A DNA stretch of 64,000 nucleotides, taken from the NCBI RefSeq assembly GCF_009914755.1, contig NC_060934.1. The stretch is one strand, 5' to 3'. Under the pieces are notes generated by a model. The model saw only the letters and a list, made by a program, of their open reading frames with translations, did not search any database and was not told the origin of the DNA. The DNA comes from the human T2T-CHM13v2.0 reference genome, Homo sapiens. A program made the translations under genes and the position numbers. This document shows, one piece after another, positions 1 through 13,385 of this stretch (the first letter of the stretch is position 1; every line of letters begins with the position of its first letter).

Positions 1-29
1 GTAACATCAGACTGCGATGCTAGCACCAG

Positions 30-125
30 CTCCATCCCTAACTGGCCATGTGACCTTGGAGAAGCCACTTTACTCTCTGGGCTCAGTTTTTCACACTGGT
101 CAAATGGAGACAATACTTAAGGAAT
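30..125 (+). mobile_element. MIR SINE fragment
   Basis: Core-like TGTGACCTTGG...CACTT...CTCTCTGGGCTCAGTTT...AAATGG. Confidence 0.65.
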
Positions 126-3100
126 TCACACAGTTTTCATGTGGATTGAAAGGGATTTAAAAACTCTTTGCATCTTCAGCAGTTGGTAAGCATCCCTGTT
201 TCCCACTGGGAAAATGCAAATCCCCAAATAGGGTATGAAGCTAGAGGTGATGAGCTGCTCAGTGGATGCACAGTGAAATTTAGGAGGCAGAGTCTCCTTT
301 AAAGGGTTTTGACCCTTTGACTGATCTGCCACTGATTAATACCCCAGTTTTCTAGAGTAAAGTAAATATCTGGATTTTCTTTTCACAACAAATTGTGGGT
401 AGAGATCCACCTGATTCACCTGATACCTCTGCTTTGTTCTTAATCCATCTTGGAATGAAACATCTGACTGCTTCTGAAATGCCCAGATTTATTGCAAAGG
501 AGGTTCCCAAGTCACTTATTATTTTTTTGTTTGGCTTTGAAGCATGATCAAAAGTGTGACTATTTCTTTGGTCAAAAGAAATCTCCTGGCTTCAGATACT
601 CTTAGAGCAGAGCTTAGTGTTTGGAATGAGAAAGGAAAAAATGACTATCAGAGCATCAGCTTATGAAGCAAGTATCCTTAGAATGCTTAAGGTTTTGAAG
701 GGCAATTCTGATAAATATAGTCTCATTGTTTGTGCTGGGGAAGGAGCATGGCCTCTTAGAACTGTAGAATTCTACAGAATCATTTTACAAGTGAAGAACC
801 TGAGGCCCACAGAGAGAGAAAGCATTGGGAAATATGTTTATGGATTTGACCCAACACTCCTGTTTAGGGAAGATACATCCAGATGGCCACTCCTATACCC
901 ATAACATACACTATGATTTTTTATTTCCTTGGTCAACCTTCCAATTTGATACAGCCCAGTCCTCTTGCTTATTCCCATCTCCCCACCCAGTGCCACTCCT
1001 GGCCACAGACTGGGATGATAGCATCTTTGAAGATATCAGAAAAGCTAGTGAACATTTGTACTAGAAAAAGGAATGCTAATTCATTATTTCATTAGCACAT
1101 AATATTTCCTCTCTTGACTCCTCTCTTCCACTTCAAAGAGAATGCTGCTGATTTTTGGTGAAGTGTGGAAGAAATCATTCTGCTTTCCAGGAGACTAACA
1201 TTATGGAATCACAGGGAGGAAGGACACACATTTTAAGGTTACAGGTGGCTGTGCCACCTGCCAGTCAATTCTCAACAGACGGAGTAGGAGCTTCATTTTT
1301 TTTATTCCAGAGCAGAGCAGTGGATGTCGGGAAGATTCCTGAACTTCACTGAAGCTGTTTTCCACAGGGTCTGGTAAGCCAAGGAGTTTCCACACTGGGG
1401 TGAGTGGATTTGACAGCAGAGGTGGAAGGAATCTACAGGAAAGAGCTGCCTAATTAATCACAAGCTATCAGAGCCTTTCAGCAGTGAGAGTCTCTGAGGT
1501 CTTAACAACACCCCTCAGTAAAGTTAAAAACCATCTTGGTATGACTTCATTTTCTTAGAGACACATGATTGATCTGGCTATTGGTGAATGGAGACACTGC
1601 GGCTTCTTTCTGTAGATGGTGTCATTAGATGAGAAGATTAAGTGCCTTTGAGCAAAGGCTATGTGAAGACTGTGAGTGATTCACTGGGAATGGAAGAAAG
1701 ATAAAGAAAACTCTGAAATATGTACTTTTAAAGGCAAAACCTTAGACTTTACCTCATTTATTAGCATCATAAAAAGCTTGGTGGAGAGTCTCAGCTAAGA
1801 AAAATGCCTTCTTTGGGTCAAGTCTTTAGGGATACCGCTCAAAGCAGCTAACTGGGGCTGGTATCTATGAGGAATATCTTATTTTTTATTGTTGGTCCTA
1901 CTCTATTCCCCTTTTAAGCTTTTGAATGCTCTGAAAGGAGACAGGGGTCTTTTCATTTGGAGCCTCTTAAGTATTAGGAAGCCAGGCTGGGCCAATTCAA
2001 CTTCTTTTCCTCTAAGGAGGCTGGGAGGTAGGTTTGTCAGAGCTTATGATTAATTAGGAAGCTCTTTCCCATAGACTCCTGCCTTTGCTGTCAAATCTGC
2101 TCACTCCAATGTGGTGACTCCTGGGTTTTCTTTTTCCTGTGGCAAACAGCTTCAGTGAGGTTCAGGAAACTTACCTACATCCACTGTTCTGCTGTGGAAT
2201 GAGGGGGGGGAAAGGGTCCTACCCTATCTGTTGAGAACTGACCAAACAGATGGTACAGCCACCTGTAGCAAACCAGGGCAGGCAATAGAGAAGGGTTATC
2301 AATGCCTATGGTCAACAGAAGATTTGTTTACCCTTCTGAAATCATTCAAGTTTAAATTTCTAAATACTTCTTGGCAGGCCAAGTCAAACATTTTTAGAAG
2401 GACTTAGCCCATGAGTTTCCAGTTTGCAACCCTGCAGGTGATAATATATCTTTAAAGGAGAGAGGAGACATTTAATGTAAGTATGCTTTTGTCACTCAGT
2501 TCACTCATTCATTTATTCATTCCTCAACCACGTCGAGACTGCTCATTGCTGGCTTACCCTGGAGGAGACAGAAAAGTAAGATCTAACCACTGACATAAAG
2601 CAATCCAACATCTAGGATCTATGATATAAAAATTCATATGTTATGTCAGAGACTTTTAGCGTTATATACAGTACTGTAAAGTTCAGAGAAAATACAGGAT
2701 AGTGAGCTTTAGGTGCCAGGGAAAGGATGCAGTCAGCAGACCATGGGGAGCTATTGAAGGTTTTCAACTGGATGAGTATTTGAGATGGAATTTAGGAAGA
2801 ATAATCATGTTGTACTGTATGGGAAGTGTGTGAAAGTTTGTTCTTAGAGAAGGGAGGATCAGGTTCCATTGGGTATAGGAAGGAGGTGACCTTTTTGAGA
2901 GGTAATTTGGGTACAAAATTCAACACACTTAACAGAACATTTGGGTTCAAGGGAAAAAAAAAGACATTTCTAAAATAGTTTTGAATTCTCATAGATAGCT
3001 ATTTGGGTAGAAAAGCAGGTACCCATCAGCAAAGCTCTCCATAATCTGATCTCATGTATTTTTCTAGCTTTTTTTTTTTCCTCCTATGTCCCTCCAGGGG

Positions 3101-4780
3101 TGCTTGCTACCAATCCTAGTGGACCTGGACTAGTTATTCTGCCCAGAGCATCTCTTTCATTTTTTGCTTCTAGATTGTTTTTCTCACACTATTTATTCTG
3201 CTTCTTTGAAGATGGTAGGAGGTCAGGAGAGTGTGAGTGAACTAAACTTTAAATTCAGTATTTTAACAGAGTTCCTGAGAATCTATCAAGTAGCAGGCAC
3301 CATGCCAGGAGTAAAGTGGACAGGCAGATCTTTGTCCAGAAGCTGGGCTGATGACAAGGAGACTGGGCTGCTGCTCACCCACACAGGGAGCACTGTCTCA
3401 GGTCTTCTTGTAGATTCTCATGGGCACAGCCTGGTGGAACACTGATGCCTCTGTCAAAAGTTTCTGTCTACTGGACATTTTGGAATCATAAGCCATGCCC
3501 TTTTCAGGATCTTAACAACAAAGATCTCAAGGACAGCAGATTTTAGTTTGTGCTGCCAGGAAGACTTAGTAGATTTAAGAGAGCATACACACTTGTGTTT
3601 CAAGTGAGCAAGACACACTTTTAAAATGTTCAAAATATTCCTTTCCTTCTCAGAGATCCTTTGTGTAGGTGGCCCTTGTGGCAATACGGTATTAAGTACT
3701 CAGCAGGACTTTTAAAGTACATCTTTATGTACTTTAATTTTGTTAGGACCGGAACAGTGTTAATGGTCATCATCTTTTTAAATGCTTGCAGAGTATTAAT
3801 GCTTAGGAGAAAAACTTTTTCCCTCAAATATAGAATGCATAACCATGAAACAATATTTTTCGTTTTGCGTCTTTCCCATTCTCATGCCATCCTACTTATG
3901 TGAATATGTGATGTCAAGCAGATGGCTGTATCAAACTAGCTGGAACATACATATGATGACTATCCCATTATTCTTGGAAAGGTCTGAGTGCACCTCAGCA
4001 CTACGAAGGATTTTGACATTTTTCCTTAATAGTTCTGAGAATTTCTCTTAGCTTTCATAATCTGAAGCTGAATAGTTGAAACAGTGATATGAGAATATTT
4101 TGAGGGGAGAGCAAGAAAGAAAAGAAGAATATAGTTATATCTGTTTTCTGTGACTGATGACTTAACAATCCTCAAAGTCAAGCAGGAACACTAGAGATGG
4201 AAAATACATTTTATATAGGTAAAAGATAACCCATTTAACAGCTGAAAAAACTGAGGAACCATAAATATCAGGTGATAGTCTGAGACACCCTGCTGCTAAT
4301 AGATAGCAGCTGCAGGAGGATTAGAATTTCTCTGTTGGCTCCATGCTCCATAGTCCTTAAATGCATCTTTAATACTTTTTTTCTAGTAAGACTGACTTGA
4401 TTTGTGGTTTTATGCAATGAGGTGGAGGTGGAGGCTTTTATTTTGGGGTACATGATACATAATGATTGGTTAGCCCTGTATGTGAGCAGCCAAATCTATT
4501 TGCATTCCTTTACTCTTAGTAGCCTTTCTAAAATTCTCTTATTTATGTGGTGTTTCTCTCTTTACAGTATTCCTGAAAATTGCATTTGAATATCTTTATA
4601 ACAGGGATAATGGTGAATTATTCCATTTACTTTATGAACTTAGTTTCATATATGTTTATGTGTGTTCAGAATAGGCAGATACACAGAATATGTCCAGATA
4701 CCACATATGTTATTTATATGTATATATATAATACATTACGTAAAATATATACAGTTGTGTATATAATATATAACTCTATC

Positions 4781-4832
<52 letters not shown>
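4781..4832 (+). repeat. (ATCT)13 tetranucleotide microsatellite
   Basis: 13 perfect ATCT units, preceded by TCTATC and an AT-rich tract. Confidence 0.97.
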
Positions 4833-4833
<1 letters not shown>

Positions 4834-5229
4834 CATTCTCCCCTAAACCTAGATGTAGAATTAAAATATTTCTTTAGGTGGGAGCCCAAAACAGCAGCCA
4901 TTGATGGGAAATGACTTGCAAGGCAGAATCTACTTGCCATCTTTTTATGTTTAATTTAACATTTGAAAGAAGGTGGGGAAAATATTTGTTCCTAGACTTC
5001 CTAAATAAAATGTTTTTTCCTTTATTGATGGGGACAATTTTGAGGTTTGCTTGAGGTTTTCTTTCCACAATTTACCCACTACCTTCTTGGTCCAACTTTC
5101 TGATTAGAACATATGCAGGTTATTCACTTTCCTGCCTGTGAGCTTAATTGCAGTGCTGGCTGCAGGAAAGTGTTCTAAAAGTAATATTTATGTGGGAGTA
5201 TTTGGTAATCCTAGTGATTCAAATTTTTT

Positions 5230-5745
5230 CATTCAGCAAGTAATTTAGTGAATATCTTGCTAAAGTATAGTAGGGAAAATAATTCATTGTAGAGTGTCTC
5301 TTTTACATGGATTTATGATTTAGTTGGGGAGACAAAAGATTCACATGCAGTGATTATATGAAAATTTAAAACCTTCTGTGAACACATGGCATAGACACTT
5401 TGCAGTTCATAAATGCTAAAGGACTTCAGGATAAAAAATGGTAATTGTGGACTGCAGTGGTTGGGAAGACTTTTTGGGTGCGAGTAGCTTAAGCTAAGGC
5501 TGAAAGGATGGATAAGAAAGAGCTGGGCAGAGAGGAGGTACAGAGGACATACTAGAAAGAGGAATGGCATGAGCAAAATCTTGGGATTGGAAACAAATAT
5601 GGATCTTGGGGAGACCTGGAGTCATTCAGTATTGCTGGCATGGAGTGGGAGTGCATAAGAATAACTAAAGATATAGTTACTGATATGGAGGAAAGAAGAA
5701 GGGATGTTAGAAGGCTGTAAAGGCTCCAGTGAGGAGTTTAGACTT
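5230..5745 (-). mobile_element. L2 fragment
   Basis: Degenerate antisense L2 3' pattern (ATTCAGCAAGTAATTTAGTGAA ... GAGGAGTTTAGAC). Confidence 0.5.
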
Positions 5746-7169
5746 CCTCCTGGTGGCTTGTTACTTAGAATGCAGCTTCTAGACAAGAGTCCGGTTATAG
5801 GAAAGGGTGGAATTGTCACTCTGGGTCAGGTTGTTGGGTGCTCACCCTGCGATCTTGTCTGCCTCAAGATCCCCAAGTGGTGATGTTGGTGGTTGTAGTT
5901 CTCATCCAGAATTTTGTTTAGATCGCATGTGAACTGGATTGTTTTCAGCTACTACCACTTCTGATAGTTGTGCTCACTTATTCTCACCTCTATGACTTTG
6001 TTGTTCTACTTATGCTTCTGTGGATGTTTTAAGTTCTGTATCTGTCATACATGATCTACTGCATCTGTCAGATCTGGCAGTGGCTGGATCTGCATGAGGT
6101 GTCTAAGTACAGATGCTTGCACATTTAGTATAAGACCAGTTATCTCTCTTATCTTCCATACCTTCCCAGCAACATGGTGGGGGCGGGGGGGCGGGGGCGG
6201 AGCAAGCCCATGAAGACAGCATGAGACCAATGAGAGTGCTTCTAAGAGTTTGGGTTTATGGTGTGTTTTTTTTGAAGGCAGTTGGGAAGCTGTGCTCTCC
6301 CCTTGGACCTCTTTTCCTTTTGCTTGCAGCATTGAGACATCATAGATTTCTTTTAGTGAGCATTGTAAAAATAATTCCCCTTACCTTTACTTTTTAGAGT
6401 CTCATACAATTGTAACAGTTAACCTCTTTTAAACGATTTTACTCTTTTATTCCCCTGCTTCTGAGAATAAAACTGAAAATTAAATGTTAAAATCAAATCC
6501 ATAAATCCCTAGCTACCACCAGAGCAAAGTGTGACTGGCTAAGTAGTTGGACCAGGAGACTCAAATGCTGGCCGATCCAAGAAATTGGGCTTCATTCTAT
6601 TTTCCTGTTAAGGATCAGACCTTATGGTACTCAGTGGAAAATGTGAAGTGGCCCAGTAGGAGAGTCCATTGTTTTCCATGTTTCTAAAAACATGTGATCT
6701 ACATGTGCTACCAATGCAAAGTGAAGATGTTGTCCATTCTTATTTCACTACTTTTAACTACCTCTCCAGTACTCACCTTTTTTTTCTATGTTGACTCAAA
6801 TAAAGGCAAGAATAAAACCTTGGAAATGGCAGGAAATTTGTAGATTACCTCCATCTAAGTCCAGAGGTTACATTTTAAATACTTAACAATTGGTATGACA
6901 GGACACCAATCAATCACATAGAGAAAAACAAAATCAGTCAGAGTAGAGAAAGACAAATAGGGTCAGGAGGATCCATGTTATACAGGTGTTAGCTGGGAGG
7001 ATCTATGTTACACAGGTGTTATAGCCTTTCAGTTTGTGAGTTGTGGGAAGATCCTTGGGGAGTGACTGAGTTGGCTGGAAGACATTTGGGGGCCTCGAGG
7101 GCAACAGCCATTTACAAAATCCAATTGTTTTAAAATTATTACCGTTGAATATTAGCCCTACCTATTCCC

Positions 7170-9950
7170 TACTTTAGGTCATATATTTTGGAGTTGTTAG
7201 TGGATGCATAAACATTAGGATTGTTATGTCTTCTGGAAAGATTGATTACTTTATCATTATAAAATATTTCTCTTTATCTGTGGTAGTTGTTTTTTTGGCT
7301 CTGAAATCTACTTTTCTTGGTATTCATATAGCTACTTAAGCTTTTCTTTTTTTTATTGGTATATATTTTTTTACCCCATCTTTTTGCTTTTAACTTATTT
7401 GTGTCTTTATATTTAAAGTGCATTTCTTTTAGACACCATCTAGTTGAGACTCTAAAGGCTCCAGTGAGGAGTGTAGACATTTTATATTTGTGGTAGATTT
7501 CCTGTGCTTTTTTTTTTTTTTTTAAATCCGATCTGACAATCTTTGCTTTTTAATTAAAGTTCTAGATCATTTACATTTAATGTAATTATTGATGTTTTAG
7601 GTTTAAATCTGTTGCCTTACTCTTTATTTTCGATCTGTCCTATTGTTATTTGTTCCATTTTCCCTCCTTTTGGATGGTATTTTTTTTTTTTTTTTGCTAT
7701 CCCATTTTATCTTCTTTTTGACTTGCTGTGTATAACTATTTATTGTGTCAGGTTAGGGGTTGCTTTTGGGTTTATAGTACACATCTTTAATTTATCACAG
7801 GCTAGATTCAAGTGACATTTTACCATCTCACAAAAGGCACAAGAACCCTAAAACAGTATACTCTCCTTCCAGCCCTTGGACAATTAGAGGCATACATTTT
7901 ATTTCTATGCATGTTATAAACCTCACAATACATTATTATTTTTTATTTAAATAGTTTATTCTTGAAAGATATTTGAATATTAAGAAAGAGTTATATTTAT
8001 CCATGTAGTCACCATTTCTGGTGCTCTTTGTTTTGCGTAGATACATATTTCCATCTGGTATCATTCTAATAATTCTGCCTAAAGGACTTCCTTTACATTT
8101 TCTTGTGGTACCAGTATACAGATGATAATTCTTTCATCTGTTTTAGAAAACCTTTATTTTGCTTTTGTTTATCAAAGAAATGTAATTTAATTGGCTTATT
8201 TTTCCTTTCAGAACTTTAAAAATGTACTTTCTTATCATTTACATTGTTTCTATAAAATAATCTTCTGTCATCCATAGCTTTGTTCCATTCCATATATCTT
8301 TTTTTCTATATTCTTATGTTTCTATCACTGATGTTAAGCAATTGAGTACGACGTGCTTTGATGTTGTTTTATTCATGATTCTTGTGGTTGGAAGTTTTTG
8401 TGCTTCTCGGATATCGACTTATAGTTTTCACCAGGTTTTGAAAATATTCAGCCATTATTTCTTAAAATATTTTTCTCTGCCCCACCCCCACACCTCCTTC
8501 TCCTTTTAGAGACTCTGATTACAACTGATGTTGTCCTGCAGCACACTGATTTTCTGTTCATTTTTTCCTCAGTTTTTTTTTGTGTTTCATTTTGGTATGC
8601 AAATAAATAGAAAAAACTTATTTTTTCTATGTTTCGTTCACTTTCTATTGCTGTGTTTTCAATTTCATTTACCTTTTCCTTGTAATGTCTAATCTGTCAT
8701 TAATCCCTTTTAGTGTACTTTTCATCTCATTCATTATAATTTTCATATCTGAAAGTTTGATTTGTGTCTTCTTATATCTTTCATGTCTCTACTTGCATGT
8801 ACACTTTTTTCTCTTGCTTCTTGAACTTGTGGAATAAAGTTAAAATAACTGGTTTAATGTCCTTATTTACTAATTCTGTCACCTGTGTCATTTCTGACCT
8901 GGTTTTCAGTAAGTTTTGTCAACATTGGTAATATTGACATTTTTCAGTGGCTAATAATTTTTGTAGGGGATTTCCTGTGCATCATAGGATATTTAGCAGA
9001 ATTCCTGTCCTCCACCTACTAAATGCCAGTCCCATCTTCAGTCACGACAATTAAACATTTCTCCAGATATTGACTAATGCTCCCAGGATGCAGACAGTGA
9101 GAAATCACCCCCAGTTGAGAACTACTGATTTAGATTAATTGATTTTTCTTCTTTTTGTGTGTTGTAGATATCTGCTTCTATGCATGCCAAATAATTTTTT
9201 ATCTGATACCAGATACTGTGATTTTTATCTTATTGGGTGCTGGATATTTTAAAATTCCTGTAAATTTTATTGAGCTTTGTTCTGGGACATGATTATGTTG
9301 TTTGGAAACAGTTGAATTCTTACACGTGTTTTGTTTAGGGTTTACAAGTGTTTTGCCCCACTACTGAGGCGGGAAGTTTTCTGAGGTATTCTACCTGATT
9401 CCCCATGACTTATGAGGGTTGCCACTCTGGCTTATGGTAACAGTAACTGTTATTGGCCTTGTGTGAACTTCTGGAATTGTTCCTTCTAATTCTTTCAGGC
9501 GGTTCTTTTTCTGATGTTGGGTATTTTTCACATAGATGCACTGATCAATACTCAGCTGAAGACTTAGTAGGATAGGGAGTCCGCTCTGTATATCCAGAGT
9601 TCTCTCTACTTGTGCAGCTGTCCGTTTTTCAGTACTGCTTCTTGCAAACTCTAGCTGCTTTGCCTTAGGCTTTCCTGTTCTGTCTGCTGAACTCAGGGAG
9701 ATCACTGGGCTTCACCTAAGTTACTTTTCCCTAATGTAGCCTGAAAACTCTGTCCATGCAGGGTTAAGGGGCAATTACAAGGCTTACTGAATTTGTTTAC
9801 TGTCTCTTAGGGATGCTTCTCCTTCATTGTCTTGGTGTCCAGTGACATGAAAATTGTTGTTTTATATGTTTTATTAGTTCTTAAATTGTTTCATGTGAGC
9901 GGGTAAATTCACTCTCTGTTACTCCCTCTTGTCCAGAATCAGAAGTACCT
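7170..9950 (-). mobile_element. Old L1M element, antisense (5' region/ORF1 through start of ORF2), interrupted by MER20
   Basis: T-rich antisense L1 hallmarks: TTAGGATTGTTATGTCTTC, ATCTGACAATCTTTGCTTTTTAATT, CATTTACATTTAATGTAATTATTGAT, TTCAGCCATTATTTCTT. Confidence 0.8.
8910..9127 (-). mobile_element. MER20 (hAT-Charlie) DNA transposon
   Basis: Reverse complement resembles MER20: ends CCCCAGTTGAGAACTACTG, internal CCACCTACTAAATGCCAG; about 218 bp. Confidence 0.85.
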
Positions 9951-9954
9951 ATGC

Positions 9955-10085
9955 TTTATTTTATATCTGATAAAACTGAGGTCCAAAAAAGTGAGTTGTT
10001 GCCTAAGGTTTGCTGAACCAGATTAGTGGCAGAGCTAGCATTGGATCCAGATTTCTTTCTTCCAGGTTGGTGCTTTTTCAATCAT
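9955..10085 (-). mobile_element. MIR
   Basis: GATAAAACTGAGG...GCCTAAGGT...AGTGGCAGAGCTAG core. Confidence 0.65.
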
Positions 10086-10664
10086 AACACACACTATGAC
10101 TGGCACCTCCGAAGGTAATGAATTGGCTCCTGGATCTTCAAAGACAAGATTTAAATCACAAAGAGAATGAACTTCATGGAGTTGCTGCTCTTCTTTGATC
10201 CTTATTTGTTAAACATATTTTTCTCTAAATAGGTTTGTGACCCCTCAGTGAAGATGTAGACTGTCAGCGTGAATATTTTGTGAAGATTCTCATTTTAAGT
10301 TTTACAACTTTATACTGCTGGAAGTTGTAAAAACATGTGGCCCTTAAAAATTCCAGCTTGATGGTTAAAATGTCCATTCAGGGTCTGTTCATCTTTCTTG
10401 TTAGGAAACCTAGATTGTAAGTATACTAATAACTTAATAGTAATGGACTAGCTCAGTGCTGTGTTTAGGGAGATGCACTAAGCTAGTTGGGATTAGGTAT
10501 TATTTTGGCCGAGGGTGGAAGTGAGATTTTTACCTTACTCACAGTTCTTACCACATCAAGACCAATAAAAACATCTGCTGCATGACTGACTATTCTGTTT
10601 CACATATGTTACTTGTCTGTAAGCTTCTACAGGTAAAGGCAAAGGCCATGGTTAAATAGTATCT

Positions 10665-10958
10665 GGCCGGGAGCAGTGTATCACACCTGTAATCCCAGCA
10701 CTTTGGGAGGCTGAGGCGGGCAGATCACCTGAGGTCAGGAGTTGAAAACCAGCCTGGCCAACATGGTGAAACCCCATCTCTACTAAAAATACAAAAAATT
10801 AGCAGGGCGTGGTGGCGTGTGCCTGTAGTCCCAGCTGCTTGGGAGGCTGAGACATGAGAATCACTTGTACCCGGGAGGCGGAGGTTGCAGTAGCCGAGAT
10901 CGTGCCACTGCACTCCAGCCTGAGCAACAGAGTGAGATTCTGCCTCAAAAAAAAAAAA
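10665..10958 (+). mobile_element. AluS (Sx/Sz-like), full length
   Basis: GGCCGGG start, two arms, A12 tail at 10947-10958. Confidence 0.96.
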
Positions 10959-11084
10959 TTTTTTTTTCTCCTATTGCTTGAGACACAAGGTACTTAATAC
11001 ATGTGAGTTCTTTCCTCCCACTTTATGTCTTCCCAGTGTGAAACTAGGAGGCTGTAACACATAGTGTGTTCTCATTGCGTGCCT

Positions 11085-11470
11085 CTCTCTCTTGCTCACT
11101 GTATTTCAGCCTTACTGCCTTTCTGTAATTCCTTAAAAAAGTCAATCTCTTTCTTCCCTAGGATCCTCATACATGCCATTCTCACTGCAAAGCTCTTTAT
11201 TTAACTCTTTGCATGACTCAATTTTTCAGGTTTAGCCTAAATGGAATCTCCTTTTAGAAGGAGCTACCCTCTCTCAGTCTCTGTCATGGTCCCTGTTTGT
11301 TTCCATTGTGCGTCATAGTTTCAGGTTTTGAACTTACTTATTAGCACACTAGTTCATTGTCTACCTCCCACTCTAGATTGTGAGCTTCATGAGAGCCAGG
11401 ACTTCGTTTGCTTTATTACTTATAATTGACTTGGGTCCCAAGGAAAATGGGCAGGTATTTGGTTTATACT
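11085..11470 (+). mobile_element. L2 3' end
   Basis: CTCCCACTCTAGATTGTGAGCTTCATGAGAGCCAGGAC is typical of the L2 3' end. Confidence 0.6.
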
Positions 11471-12689
11471 TGTTGGGATTTGTGTTTGTAAAAGAGTAAC
11501 GTAATGCAAGGCTGATGTAGATACTCAGCAGGGACTTGTGGAATTAAATCTCCAAGGGTAGTCGGTCTCCCAGGCATCGCCATATGCAAAGCATAACCTC
11601 ATTCTGAGTATAGAATGACCAAGAACAATGGCCTCTTCTGTCCACTCCCCACACTGTCTGCCTTGTCAGCTTTGGTAATCAGAGCAAGGTAAGGTGCAGT
11701 TCACTCCAGTTTGATTTCACTTGTAGAGAGATTTTCTATCAGTGGCATGTACTGGCTGTTTTCAATGTTTCTGACAGATGACAAGCCTTTTGTCCCACTT
11801 GTCCCCCTTTATGCCTTGACTGACTTTGGCCACCCAGTCCCCTGGTGCGAGACCTTTAACTGGTCCTTTGTAGAGTCTGTTTCTATGAATTAGGGCTCGT
11901 TTCCTTCCAAATGCCCAAGATGCCTTGCCGTATCTGCTCTGCATGTCGCAAAGAATCTAGCAATCTCAATGGCGAAGTGAACAGCTCCTTGCTTTTCCAG
12001 TTATTTCCTTCTCAGGCAAGCACTGCCATGCTTAGTAGTCTGGTCAGCTTTCTGCTCTTCCGAGACTCTCCTTCACCCATTCTGATAAGGACCTCGGGTT
12101 TTCTCCTGTGACAAATTTATGGCTCTCTCCAGCACCTGTTCCATCCTCCCTTTCTGCAACACTCCCAACCGGCAAATTCATTTCATTGTTTAGCTATGTC
12201 TACTCCCTGTCAATAAATTACTTCTTCCTGGCTTGCCCAGGCCTTTCTATTTTTTTCACAGACCTTTTGGGGGCTTGTTCTTAATTATTCCAGCTACTCA
12301 CTGACCAGGCTTCCTCTCTGTTATTTGTCGTGAACTCTTGTGTAATCTCCTTTCTTCTCTCCACCCTTTGCTTTCTTATCATTGTTTTACACACATGTAA
12401 CTGTCAAATCATGTCAGTTTTATAAGCCCATAGGTCCTCTCAACTGCAGCGTTTCTCTCAAATAGTGTTAGAGGAGGGAAAAAGGCATTGCTCTTTTCAG
12501 TATTCTTCATCTACCAACATTTAATCACCAAGCAATTGCTGAGATTCAACTGTGTGCAACACCCTGGATTGGAATGAGCAGTGGTGGTGATGGTGAGTGG
12601 AGACAGGGTGTTGAATACCAGAGTTATATTTCACAGCAAATATTGAATCATGAAGGCTCTTGAGCTGGAAAATGACTTTGTGCTCCTTA

Positions 12690-13385
12690 GCTGTGCTTTA
12701 GCAAGGCAAATTTGACACCACTCTGAAACCTGGACTGAGGAGGAGGAGGTTCAGAAGTGGAGGAATATAAGCTAGGGGAGTCTTAGAGAATCCCAGGCAG
12801 CCTGGCAGGCAGCTGATCATGTTGAATTTGGATTGTACAGAAGGAGAGACCAAGAAGGACCCATGCACGAGGTATTTCTGAGCTAGCAAAACTTGGCAGC
12901 AATTAGAGGTGAGGGATGGAAGAACAGTCATGATGATTCGAATGTTTTGGACCAGGAAGAGTTGTAGGATTTGGTCCTATTACCAAATTGGGGAATGGAA
13001 AAGGAGAAGGAGGGAGGAAGTGGGGGAGGAGAGGTAGGTGCAGGAGAATGATGATGGGAGAAGTGACGAGCTCAGTTTTAGTTAGCATCCTGGAATTGAA
13101 ATGGCAACGGTTCATTGCACAGCATTTGGAAATGTGGGACAGGCACTCATGGGAGAGGCTAGAGCTGGATAAAGTTTGGGAGTCATCCAAATAGAAGTGG
13201 GAAGTGAACCAGAGGAGCAGCCATATGCATATTAAAAAGCAGCTAATACTGCAGGCAGCAGGTGTGGGGCTCCAGTGTGGTATGAACAGGCCCTGTGGGC
13301 TGTGGACACTCAGGGGATGGTGGAGTACCATGACAGGAGCTGTCAGGGAGGACTTCCTCAAGGAGGTGAGGCTGGAGCTGAGGCT
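12690..13385 (-). mobile_element. L2 fragments
   Basis: Purine-rich degenerate antisense L2 (GAGCTCAGTTTTAG...GAATTGAAATG; GTCAGGGAGGACTTCCTCAAGGAGGTGAG). Confidence 0.5.

Noticed and set aside
10220-10275. Possible cryptic acceptor TTTTCTCTAAATAG|G
   Set aside because: No convincing donor or reading frame; such sites are common in introns.
10725-10913. Alu-derived ORFs (also near 32000, 46000, 52100, 61500, 63500)
   Set aside because: Typical Alu translations.
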